A stretch of 64,000 nt of DNA, from IMG/VR virus record IMGVR_UViG_3300001782_000005, positions 1 through 64,000 of that record, one strand, 5' to 3'. The translations under genes and the position numbers were made by a program. How positions within the stretch are numbered: position 1 is the stretch's first letter; every line of letters starts with the position of its first letter. A model generated the notes under the pieces. The model was given only the letters and a program-made list of their open reading frames with translations, did not search any database and was not told the DNA's origin. Shown here piece by piece: positions 54,229 through 63,143 of the stretch.

Positions 54229-56880
54229 TTAGATAGCACCCATAAGAGTTCTATCTAGTTGTGGATCAAAATCACCTGTCTGCTGTTGACCACCCATTTG
54301 TGAGACAACATTTTGGGTATTGTTTTGTATCGTGTTGGTTAATTCAGAAACCACCGCAACTGTTTGCTCTTGACCTCTCTTAGCCATCTCCTCAACTGAT
54401 TTCTTGCCCGCCTCAACTATTGGTTCAGTCTGCATAATAAAGTCCATAGCTGCGCCACGAGCAAGGGCCATTCTATCAGTAACAACTCCCCTAGCTTTCT
54501 CCATAGCAACTCCACCAGCTATGGCAGCTTTATCTAGAAGGTCTCTACTCTTAACAGTCCTAGCAAGAGCTTCGAGTCCAACGGGTTTATATTGAGATTT
54601 AAGAAAAGTTAAAAATCTCTTTTCTCTTTCAACACCATATTTTTCTGGGTCAGCAAATGGCATTTTCTTCCCAGCTACTTTAGCAAACTCAATTCTGGCC
54701 ATTTGAACTTGATCAAAACCATATGGTATATACTCGCCAATATGTTCTTCCATATATTTCTGTTGAGCAGCCTGTATGGCCAAATAAGTCTCACTACCGC
54801 CCATGCCACCAACATAATATCTCTCTCTTAATTCTTCAGCTCTTCCACCAACCGTTGTAGCAATTCTAGCAGCATGTACTGCTTCAACTCTTTCCCTTCC
54901 ACGACCAGCAGCAGCTTCCCGCCTTGCTCTCATTCCTGCTTCAACAGTCTCCCAATTCTTTGCAACTTTAGCTTGTAGTTCCCTTGATCTCTTCTCCATC
55001 CACGGATCAACTATGTACTTATTTATTAAACTACCAATAGCAAAACCACCAGCACCAGCGAGTATAGGTCCCAAGACAGCTGGACTAAGTAGTGGTCTTA
55101 ACAAAGCAGGTAGAGTCCTTGTTATTACAGGCAGTACAGTACCCGAAAGGAATCTCGCCGCCATACCTCCTATACCGCCAATAAGGTTCTTAACAAAACC
55201 AATAGCCATTACAATCCATCTTAGTGCACTTCTAGCCATACTTCTAATTCTTCGAGCAGTTCGTTGAGTCGCATCTTTTATATCTTCAGTCTTTGAGAGT
55301 AATTTTTTCCACCAAGGTCGTTGGTCCTCTATAGCATCAGTTTGATATTCTAATTGCTTCAGAATTGATATTTCTCTATCTTCTTGTGGTTTAATCCTAT
55401 CTATTATTGCTTGTAGGACAAAATCTAATTTCTGCATAGTTCCAGTTGGTAGAACTGCTTTCTTTTCTTCTTCAGGAAAAACTGTCCTCCAAGCATCAAC
55501 CATAAGACTCTTAAATGTCCTTGGTTTTGTCCAAAATAAAGCTTCTTCTTCTCCTCTTGCTTTCTTTGTTAACCATTCAATTGGCCAAGAAACTGCTCTC
55601 AAAGATTTTCTTAAAATGGACCAGCGTTGTCTCTCTACCTCTTGAACTTGTTCATAACCCTTACCAGTAAAAGCACCAGAAATATCTCTTAGATATTCAC
55701 TTTGTGCCCGAGCATGACCAACTATCTTATCAAATTGATACATCATTCCAGTATAGATGAGACCAGAAGTCTGTACCAAATTTTCGAATGGATTTCTCGA
55801 AGTTGGAAGATCAGCTTCATACCCTCCTCTTGCCTTAATAAGAAATCTAAAAGGTGCGGTAAGGGCCTTTGAGAATTCACCTATACTCCAGAAAAGGTTT
55901 CTTAGAAGCGGATGCTCATAAAGCATAGTTGAGAAAGCAATTCTAAACCTATTGCCAAGTCCAATAAGGCTAAAAACTAATCGCCTTGTAAGTCTAACCA
56001 TCTGTTCTTGATGAGGTAGTGTATGCTCTTCAAAAGTCTCTCTATATGCACCCATAAAAGATCTTATTAAACTTCTTCTCTCAGCAGGGATTCGTCGAAG
56101 GGTATATTGCTCAATCATATGTTGCCGTCTTGACATTCCAGATATTAGAGCACTGAACATCCTCATAGGTTTAACGGCAACTTCAGCGGCTTCTTCAGTA
56201 GGTTTCTTTAGTTCATCAAGTTTTTGCAGCAATTTTTCAATTGGCATTATGACTTCAGCTTTATGAACTTCCGCTAACCCCCCCTTACCGATTACACCAC
56301 CCGCTTGGAGTTTTGGAATTTCCTCAGTTTCCGCTCTTTTAGCCTTACCAAACAAACCTCTTACTTTTTCCCAACCTGCAGTAAATAGATTTCTAAATTT
56401 TCCACCAACTGCAGAAATAGCATTACTAAGGGTAGATTTAATTTTTTCTGCAGCAGATTTAAATACATCAGTTTCCATAAACTTGGATGCAAAATATCCA
56501 AATAATGGAGTTGCTCTGGCAAGGGACATTGCTACAATGTTTTGCTTATTGAAACTTATATCTTCACTTATCGCTTTTCCATATTGACCAATAGCTTCTT
56601 TTGTTGCTAGAGCAGTTCCTATAGTAATCCTCTTTGTGCCTACGGCAATTTCTCTAATAACTGCACTAAGGCTCCTAAGTACTGAACTAGTTGCTTTCGA
56701 AACTTGCTCAATACCTTCTTGAGTACCTATACCTTTTATCTCGTCAATTCTTTCCTCAATGCTCGCTTGCATTTTTGCAGCAGCGGCATTGACTCCGCCG
56801 ATGTTCTTTAACCTTTCTTCATATTCTTCTTCGGCAGTTTTTGCTAACTCCTCGCCAGATTTCATTTCCTCATCGGGCAT
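54229..56880 (-). CDS. Tape-measure-like protein
   Basis: 883 aa, helical, Ala/Gly-rich hydrophobic segments, among tail/baseplate genes. Confidence 0.55.
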   Translation of the reverse strand: MPDEEMKSGEELAKTAEEEYEERLKNIGGVNAAAAKMQASIEERIDEIKGIGTQEGIEQVSKATSSVLRSLSAVIREIAVGTKRITIGTALATKEAIGQYGKAISEDISFNKQNIVAMSLARATPLFGYFASKFMETDVFKSAAEKIKSTLSNAISAVGGKFRNLFTAGWEKVRGLFGKAKRAETEEIPKLQAGGVIGKGGLAEVHKAEVIMPIEKLLQKLDELKKPTEEAAEVAVKPMRMFSALISGMSRRQHMIEQYTLRRIPAERRSLIRSFMGAYRETFEEHTLPHQEQMVRLTRRLVFSLIGLGNRFRIAFSTMLYEHPLLRNLFWSIGEFSKALTAPFRFLIKARGGYEADLPTSRNPFENLVQTSGLIYTGMMYQFDKIVGHARAQSEYLRDISGAFTGKGYEQVQEVERQRWSILRKSLRAVSWPIEWLTKKARGEEEALFWTKPRTFKSLMVDAWRTVFPEEEKKAVLPTGTMQKLDFVLQAIIDRIKPQEDREISILKQLEYQTDAIEDQRPWWKKLLSKTEDIKDATQRTARRIRSMARSALRWIVMAIGFVKNLIGGIGGMAARFLSGTVLPVITRTLPALLRPLLSPAVLGPILAGAGGFAIGSLINKYIVDPWMEKRSRELQAKVAKNWETVEAGMRARREAAAGRGRERVEAVHAARIATTVGGRAEELRERYYVGGMGGSETYLAIQAAQQKYMEEHIGEYIPYGFDQVQMARIEFAKVAGKKMPFADPEKYGVEREKRFLTFLKSQYKPVGLEALARTVKSRDLLDKAAIAGGVAMEKARGVVTDRMALARGAAMDFIMQTEPIVEAGKKSVEEMAKRGQEQTVAVVSELTNTIQNNTQNVVSQMGGQQQTGDFDPQLDRTLMGAI

Positions 56881-56890
56881 TTAGATCTCC

Positions 56891-57781
56891 TTATTTAAAT
56901 GCTTTATAAATACTTGATCTTATCTTTATTTCAGTTGATACTGCTATAACCTCAGAACACAAAAACAATTCCTGAATTGGAATAGTATCAGTTGTACTTC
57001 CAAATGTTTTCCTGTAGGCTTCTTGAAGAGGACCCAAAATATGAGTATATTTATCCCTTATATTTAGGAAGATAGTTATATCCTTTGAGTAATATTTCAA
57101 TACAGCAATATAATCATTTAATCTTTTCTCGAATTCTTTACCCTTCAAATTCGAATACTTTCTAAGATTTTCATTTAGATAAGTATGATAACGTTTCAAG
57201 AGAGAATTAGTTATTCCCCCTCCAGAAGCAACTTTCCTTTCGATACCCATAAATATAAATCTTACAATATTGTCCATCTCTTTTACTGGTTTATTCCCAA
57301 GATCAAATACAATATTAAAATACTCATAATAAAACTTCTTTAAATCATCATTGAATATAGAGAAAAATTTAGTTGGTTTTCTATCAGCAAACATATGAAT
57401 ACATTCATGCATTGTCAGATCAGAGAGAACTTTATTTGATGCAAACCCCCACTTGTTTATCTGATTATCAATTAGAATATAGACCCGCTTCGACCGTGGA
57501 TCATAAAATCCTGCTATATGTCTTATCGCTCCCTTCTCATTAATTATAAATTTTCTGACTTTTAAAACTCCCCTTTGTAACCAACAAGGAACGATTATCT
57601 GTTTATCAACTAATTCTTTTAGTTCTTCTTTAACTGCTTTTGTCTTTTGAACTTTTCCTAAAGATAATAAGAACATAAAATTTAGAGATTTTGATCCATA
57701 TAATGGAATACCATCTATTTTCGCAACCATTCTGGGTGCTACAGGAAGTGCAAAGAACTCTTGTTGAATAACATCACTCAT
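56891..57781 (-). CDS. Hypothetical protein with HExxH metallopeptidase-like motif
   Basis: MHECIHM; candidate third ligand in QELF...SE. Confidence 0.45.
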   Translation of the reverse strand: MSDVIQQEFFALPVAPRMVAKIDGIPLYGSKSLNFMFLLSLGKVQKTKAVKEELKELVDKQIIVPCWLQRGVLKVRKFIINEKGAIRHIAGFYDPRSKRVYILIDNQINKWGFASNKVLSDLTMHECIHMFADRKPTKFFSIFNDDLKKFYYEYFNIVFDLGNKPVKEMDNIVRFIFMGIERKVASGGGITNSLLKRYHTYLNENLRKYSNLKGKEFEKRLNDYIAVLKYYSKDITIFLNIRDKYTHILGPLQEAYRKTFGSTTDTIPIQELFLCSEVIAVSTEIKIRSSIYKAFK

Positions 57782-57792
57782 ATTTTACTCTC

Positions 57793-59421
57793 CTAGCCGA
57801 AATATGTACCAACTATATCAACAAAAGGATCATCAACCTCTCCGTCATCTAACCTTTTTCTCACATCATCTATGATAGCTTGATTCCTAAATGGAGTAAT
57901 ATTATCTTGAAAGTTAAGGTCCATAATACTTGTTAATGAATCTTCTCTGAACTGTGGCATATCAATCATTATTGGTGGATCATATTTACGAACATAATAT
58001 GCGCACGCTGCTGCAAGAGACAAGTCATCATTACAACCAGTATCGGCCTCCACTCGACCACTTGGTTTGCTTATTAAACCAATTAATTCAAGAATCAACC
58101 TCTTTGATCTAATACACTCTGGAAATTCACTTACATAAGAATATAGAGCATCAATCATTAGAGGTCTTGTTCTAGAGTTTGTGTTTAAACCCGGAACTAT
58201 CTGATCTTTTCCTTTCTTTTCTTTATACATCATTATAGATAGTTCAGTATTATTAATTGCTTCAGCAACCTGATTACCATAAGAATTATTTTCAATAACC
58301 ATGCAACCGGGGTACTGAATGCCTGCCATTTTCACAACTTCTGTGAAATCAGTTACTGAACACTTCCCTTGATATTCCCAAACCTGCTCTAAAGTTTCAT
58401 AATCAAAAACTTCAATAGCAGATTTATTATCTCCAAACTCAGGAGCAGTATCTACACCAAGAATATAATATCTACCCGGGATAGGGTCTGAGAATTTCCA
58501 AATCTCGCCATTGTATAGTTTCATAGTTCCAACAGGATCAGCATTTATATCTTGTAGCAACTCAATCGTTTCAGCATCAAAGAAGGAACCTGTCGACGCA
58601 ATGAACTTAAGCTCCAGCTCCTGTTGTATTTTTCTTAAATCATTGCCCCAAAGTTCACACTGAGTTTTATACCAACTTGGATCATTAGCTAATTGAGGTA
58701 TATCTCCCCAATGAATCTTTACTGGTTTGAAAATATCGTCCCTGCTAACTGCTTTTTGATATCTTTCATAAAACCATTTTCCAACTCCTTGAGTTTTATT
58801 TGGAGTAGAAAGTATTACTGTTCCAAATGGGACTTTCTTTTCCCTCGCATTTTTCTGATTCGTAGATAAAGCAGGAACCATTCCAGTCCACGCTTCGTCG
58901 ATAAATTTAATGAAGGCCGCCTCATCAATGACAAGAAAAGTGACGGATTTACCACGTAAAGTTTTTTCAGGAGCGTTCGGGGCAACTGGCGATGCGTAGC
59001 ATTTGCAACCATTGCTTAGTATAAACGTCCTCTCTGTTCTTTTAGTAAATCTTGGTGCCATCCAACTAGGCAACTTATCAATCATACTCATAATGTGACG
59101 AGCAAAATCGGTTGCCTCTGGTGCGTCCTTTGAAATTACCCCAATTACTACGTTCTTATAAAATGTTACTAACCAACAAACTAGTGCTTGAATTATTGTT
59201 GAGATGCCTATTTGTCTAGATTTCAATACAAAAACAAAGTGATTTCGAATTATCTCCATTACTAATTTTTCTTGAGCACCGTAGGGAATTAACGGAACAT
59301 CTCCACCAGGTAGTTCAATTTTTACGTACTTCCTACAGAAATAGATGAAGTCTCTTTTACACTTCAAATATTCAACTACGTATTTCTGAGCATGGTCTTC
59401 AAGTCTCTCTGCACTTATCAT
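57793..59421 (-). CDS. terL: Terminase large subunit
   Basis: LKSRQIGIS (Walker A region), LVIDEAAF (Walker B), STPN, ILGVDTA and IENN nuclease motifs, NDDLSLA. Confidence 0.95.
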   Translation of the reverse strand: MISAERLEDHAQKYVVEYLKCKRDFIYFCRKYVKIELPGGDVPLIPYGAQEKLVMEIIRNHFVFVLKSRQIGISTIIQALVCWLVTFYKNVVIGVISKDAPEATDFARHIMSMIDKLPSWMAPRFTKRTERTFILSNGCKCYASPVAPNAPEKTLRGKSVTFLVIDEAAFIKFIDEAWTGMVPALSTNQKNAREKKVPFGTVILSTPNKTQGVGKWFYERYQKAVSRDDIFKPVKIHWGDIPQLANDPSWYKTQCELWGNDLRKIQQELELKFIASTGSFFDAETIELLQDINADPVGTMKLYNGEIWKFSDPIPGRYYILGVDTAPEFGDNKSAIEVFDYETLEQVWEYQGKCSVTDFTEVVKMAGIQYPGCMVIENNSYGNQVAEAINNTELSIMMYKEKKGKDQIVPGLNTNSRTRPLMIDALYSYVSEFPECIRSKRLILELIGLISKPSGRVEADTGCNDDLSLAAACAYYVRKYDPPIMIDMPQFREDSLTSIMDLNFQDNITPFRNQAIIDDVRKRLDDGEVDDPFVDIVGTYFG

Positions 59422-59490
59422 CCTTACTCCTTAACATGGTCGTACTCTACCTTTATTATTTGTTCTCAAAATTTGGAATGCAAAAACTTT

Positions 59491-59506
59491 CTATATATAT
59501 TAATTA
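59491..59506. promoter_or_regulatory. CTATATATATTAATTA motif (copy 3); sigma70-like TTGGAA-17-TATATT on the + strand
   Basis: TTGGAA 59473-59478, TATATT 59496-59501. Confidence 0.5.
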
Positions 59507-59707
59507 CTAGTAGAGGGTTTTTATGTTTTTCAGTCAGTATGTTGGTTTTACTAATCTTAGGTTCCTCGTTGGGATCTTTTGCCCTCTCCCAAATGAGGCA
59601 ATAAAAGGAGGTGGTAAGGTAGAAAAAATTGAGGGTCGTACCATTTTTTTCTTTAGATGATGTTACCGAAAGGGGGTTGAAAAAACTTCAACAGAGAGGT
59701 AGAAACA

Positions 59708-59983
59708 TTGAGTAACTTGGCATGCAAACTGGGGCCTGCCCTTGAAAAAGATGACATTACCAAATGCGGAAAGAACGCACATAATCCAGTGTTGGTACTT
59801 GAAAACTTTGTTTACGAGGAATCAACACCATGCCCTGTTTGTGAGAAAGGTATCATAATGATACCGCCGAGTCTGGAGAAGCACACCCTTCCCCTTGAGG
59901 GACTATACTGCATTTTGTGTGGCCAACGGTACGAGGTCGCTAGTGTTAACCACATCCGAAAAAGGAGGAAGTGGAAATGTTGA
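59708..59983 (+). CDS. Small Cys-rich zinc-ribbon protein
   Basis: CPVCEKG and CILCGQ; TTG start. Confidence 0.55.
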   Translation: MSNLACKLGPALEKDDITKCGKNAHNPVLVLENFVYEESTPCPVCEKGIIMIPPSLEKHTLPLEGLYCILCGQRYEVASVNHIRKRRKWKC

Positions 59984-60123
59984 GTAGCTTGAAAGGAGAA
60001 CTCAGCAGTATAGGTAATGGAGGCGCGAAATCGCCTGACGACACAGACTCAGACATGGTTTACGAAAAGGAGGTGGTAAAGTACTTTCCGATGTCTTTGT
60101 GTGTTTTACAACAAATAACCTAA
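59977..60123 (+). CDS. Small ORF (48 aa; absent from the track)
   Basis: MLSSLKGELSSIGNGGAKSPDDTDSDMVYEKEVVKYFPMSLCVLQQIT; SD AGGAGG; overlaps the upstream stop. Confidence 0.35.
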   Translation: MLSSLKGELSSIGNGGAKSPDDTDSDMVYEKEVVKYFPMSLCVLQQIT

Positions 60124-60148
60124 CCGAAAAGTTGTATTTTTTCATTTC

Positions 60149-60187
60149 GGTGTGGAGGCTGTAGGCCTCCTAACACCATTCTTTTTG
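60149..60187 (+). terminator. Rho-independent terminator
   Basis: GGTGT-GGAGGC/GCCTCC-ACACC stem followed by a T tract. Confidence 0.7.
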
Positions 60188-60190
60188 GTT

Positions 60191-61423
60191 TTATAGACTC
60201 TGATGAGTTCTCATTAATCTGACAGTTGCAACCGCCTGCCACTCACCTGCTCTATTAAAATGTAAATCAGTAGACCTAAGAATGTACTTTCCACTTAAAT
60301 CTTTATTTTCCATAATATTGACACTTAACTGTACTGGGTGACCAACATTAGATAGATTTAGAATACGAAGATTTCTTTCAATATTAAACCTTATAGTTGC
60401 CATATTCTTTACTGGTGCAGAAACTCTAGAAATAGCAAAAGTATCATTAGTATCATAACCAGTATGGTCAACGTGATATTTAGTCCTATTTAATACCGGA
60501 TTGAAAAATATTGTAGCATCTCTCTTTGAAAGTAAACCATAAGTTTTGCATACATTCTCCAGATCTAAATTAACATTTCCATATAGAGTATCTCTAGGTT
60601 TCACAATATGATTTATCGTTTTTCCTTCATTAGTAAATCTAGTATTGGCACTATAATCGCTTCTTATCAACTCATAAGTATAAAATCTCTTTCCATCATT
60701 ACACTTTTCTATTACCTCTGAATTATCATCCCCAGAAACAAGTTGGTATATTATGAACGTATCGGCTTTATTCATCCTCTTGGTTAGATTATACATCTTT
60801 ATTTTATTTTCTGAAATAGTCCATCCCATTGTACCTTTATAAAAACCAAATATACTATCTAGATATCCAATGGCTCTATTCAGAGATATTGGTGGAATGA
60901 CAACCTGATCAAGTATCTCTGTATTTAAATCATCGGTATCAATTTCGAGTTCTGCGTATGCATCATTAGCTAAATCTGTTAATATTTCTTGCAAAGTTTT
61001 TCCATAGTATATTTTATTTACAAGGGTTGATAATGAAAACATTTCCTTCTCAGGAATACATACTATACTAATCGCAGTTCTATCTGGTTGATCTGTCTGA
61101 GATGCTGATTTTTGTAAAGGTAGCGGGAAACCAGATTTAAAATGTATAAGATTATACTGTATCTGTTCTTTTGGAACTTCAGGTTGTGTCTGACCAATAT
61201 ATCTTATCTTCAATTTGATTGGATCTTGCCCATAGATATGATCTAGAACAATGTCTCGAGGATCAACAAATAAATCTAAAATAAATTGGGTAAAGGGATT
61301 ATCCAAGGAGTTGACAATACGCACACGACTCAAATCATTCGAGTAATCTTTATCTCTTATTATCATCTCAATATCGTAACTTCTAGATGGAACAAATGGT
61401 CTTTTCGCCGGTTCATCTGGCAT
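60191..61423 (-). CDS. Putative baseplate hub (gp27-like) / tail protein
   Basis: Beta-rich; KTLQEIL, QVVIPP...AIGYL, SGKYILRSTDLHF...WQAVATVRL C-terminus typical of hub proteins. Confidence 0.55.
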   Translation of the reverse strand: MPDEPAKRPFVPSRSYDIEMIIRDKDYSNDLSRVRIVNSLDNPFTQFILDLFVDPRDIVLDHIYGQDPIKLKIRYIGQTQPEVPKEQIQYNLIHFKSGFPLPLQKSASQTDQPDRTAISIVCIPEKEMFSLSTLVNKIYYGKTLQEILTDLANDAYAELEIDTDDLNTEILDQVVIPPISLNRAIGYLDSIFGFYKGTMGWTISENKIKMYNLTKRMNKADTFIIYQLVSGDDNSEVIEKCNDGKRFYTYELIRSDYSANTRFTNEGKTINHIVKPRDTLYGNVNLDLENVCKTYGLLSKRDATIFFNPVLNRTKYHVDHTGYDTNDTFAISRVSAPVKNMATIRFNIERNLRILNLSNVGHPVQLSVNIMENKDLSGKYILRSTDLHFNRAGEWQAVATVRLMRTHQSL

Positions 61424-61469
61424 GTTTAAACTCCAATATGATTTTTAAATTTGTTCCTAATATTAAGAC

Positions 61470-61508
61470 AAAAAAATAGACCTGACTTTCACCAGGCCCA
61501 TTTTTTTT
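61470..61508 (-). terminator. Terminator
   Basis: GGGCCTG/CAGGTCT stem and T tract on the - strand. Confidence 0.6.
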
Positions 61509-61518
61509 GGATTTGTAA

Positions 61519-62418
61519 CTAAGCAGCTTGCCTTGCCGCTTGTAATGTAGCAACAGCATTCATCATTTGTGCCGGTACGGTTAGAACACTCTCCGCTACA
61601 TCTTCCATTAATATTCTTGCATTGAGGTTTTTCTCAATTGAACTGAATCTACAAATAGAGTGGAAAAGATTCCATGAAGTAACATTGTTCGCACCAATCT
61701 CCTCTAGATACATTGAAAGAGTATTTCTACGTCTCTTGCCAACAGAACTCTCAATTGCATCTAAGACTGTAAGCATATCCTCTTCAGAAACTCTCCTATT
61801 GAAATTTGCCTCAATAAGGTGAATGATATTCTGAGAGAATACGTCGATATAAGACCCGACAGCAGTAGACATCCTTGATCTTGAATGCTCATAGTGAACC
61901 TGCCTCATCTGACCAAATTTTTGTCGGAAACCAAATCCTATACGAGGATTGTTTTCAGATTCATTGATGCAGATCCCAAAGGCAACTTCAACTGCTCTTG
62001 ATCCATTATAACTATTTGCAACAATAAGGTTAGGGTAGATGTCTCCCACCTGGGGATAATTTGTAACATTTTGTATTAGAATCTCCCCGAGCATCATCGT
62101 ATACTGATAATTCATAAATACATGCTCTGTAAATATTGGAGATCCAACTTCAGAAACTGATTCTCTAATTGACGAAAGAACAATCTCATTACCAACGAAT
62201 TGATATCCGTCAGAAACATAACCGGCATAGTCCCATTGCCCTGCTTCTTGATTCTCACGAGTAGGCGGACGTGTGAAAATTGCGAGCAGGGGTACTTGAA
62301 CCTCAGTATTTGTTTTCAACTGCTGATACATTACTTCACTATACCTATCTGAATACTGATACACGCCTGTACTATGGACAGTTAATCCCATGTCCAACGC
62401 ACGATCTAAAAATGCCAA
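61519..62418 (-). CDS. DUF932-like protein
   Basis: VSDGYQFVGNE, IVANSYNGSRA...FG, H, VTSWNLFHSI pattern. Confidence 0.45.
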   Translation of the reverse strand: MAFLDRALDMGLTVHSTGVYQYSDRYSEVMYQQLKTNTEVQVPLLAIFTRPPTRENQEAGQWDYAGYVSDGYQFVGNEIVLSSIRESVSEVGSPIFTEHVFMNYQYTMMLGEILIQNVTNYPQVGDIYPNLIVANSYNGSRAVEVAFGICINESENNPRIGFGFRQKFGQMRQVHYEHSRSRMSTAVGSYIDVFSQNIIHLIEANFNRRVSEEDMLTVLDAIESSVGKRRRNTLSMYLEEIGANNVTSWNLFHSICRFSSIEKNLNARILMEDVAESVLTVPAQMMNAVATLQAARQAA

Positions 62419-62462
62419 ATTTTACCTCCTATAGTAATAGTTATTGTTGTAATACTACAACT

Positions 62463-62530
62463 AGAACAAATATTTAACCAAAGTATCTAGAGGGTAGAGA
62501 GGAGGCACATCTTTTACCTCCTCTTTATTT
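62463..62530 (+). ncRNA. Candidate small RNA: GAACAAAT motif followed by a terminator
   Basis: AGAACAAAT at 62463-62471; AGAGGAGG/CCTCCTCT stem with + strand T tract; no ORF. Confidence 0.35.
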
Positions 62531-62531
62531 T

Positions 62532-63068
62532 CTATGTTAGTAAATTTTCAGTCCGTAGGGTAGTTATCAAATTATTAACATAAGATTGCATATCTTGGGG
62601 CCTCAATTGCTTCACAAACTCAACATCTTTTATTATTTTCATTCTGATAGCTCCGTTGCTACCAAATATAGCTTCATTCTCCCTAAATATTCTATATTCA
62701 TATTTCTTCTGTCTATCCCTCATTTTATTCTGGATATCCTCCAGTTTAGATGGGTCCGCCGCTCGACTATGTCGGATACCAACCGTTCTATAACCCTCTC
62801 CTCTATCAATTGCGTAACCTTCCATTCTAAGTTTACGGAGGGTAACACTACAACAATACTCAACCTGACGAAGAAAATAGTCTTTCTGGTCTTGCCGGTT
62901 AAAGAAAGACGGAAGACCCCTCTCAACGCCATTTTGCCATAGTGCTTCACCAACCTGCACTGGAAAAGTTGGAGGTGGAACTATAGTTAGATCGTGATTA
63001 CTACTTTCTAACCAGTTCCTGACATAGCTATCTACTACAGTTTGCAATGGATCTTCAAAAGGGTTCAT
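62532..63068 (-). CDS. Hypothetical protein
   Basis: ATG 63068 (MNPFED) with SD AAGGAG. Confidence 0.55.
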   Translation of the reverse strand: MNPFEDPLQTVVDSYVRNWLESSNHDLTIVPPPTFPVQVGEALWQNGVERGLPSFFNRQDQKDYFLRQVEYCCSVTLRKLRMEGYAIDRGEGYRTVGIRHSRAADPSKLEDIQNKMRDRQKKYEYRIFRENEAIFGSNGAIRMKIIKDVEFVKQLRPQDMQSYVNNLITTLRTENLLT

Positions 63069-63143
63069 ATTTTCTCTCCTTCTCAATGATTTCTAAAAAA
63101 TCAGAAAAACAAAACCTAGTAAATTTCAATTTCTTTTAGGATC

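Noticed and set aside
57793-59421. Intein or intron in terL
   Set aside because: 542 aa with contiguous ATPase and nuclease motifs; no splice-junction or homing-endonuclease motifs.
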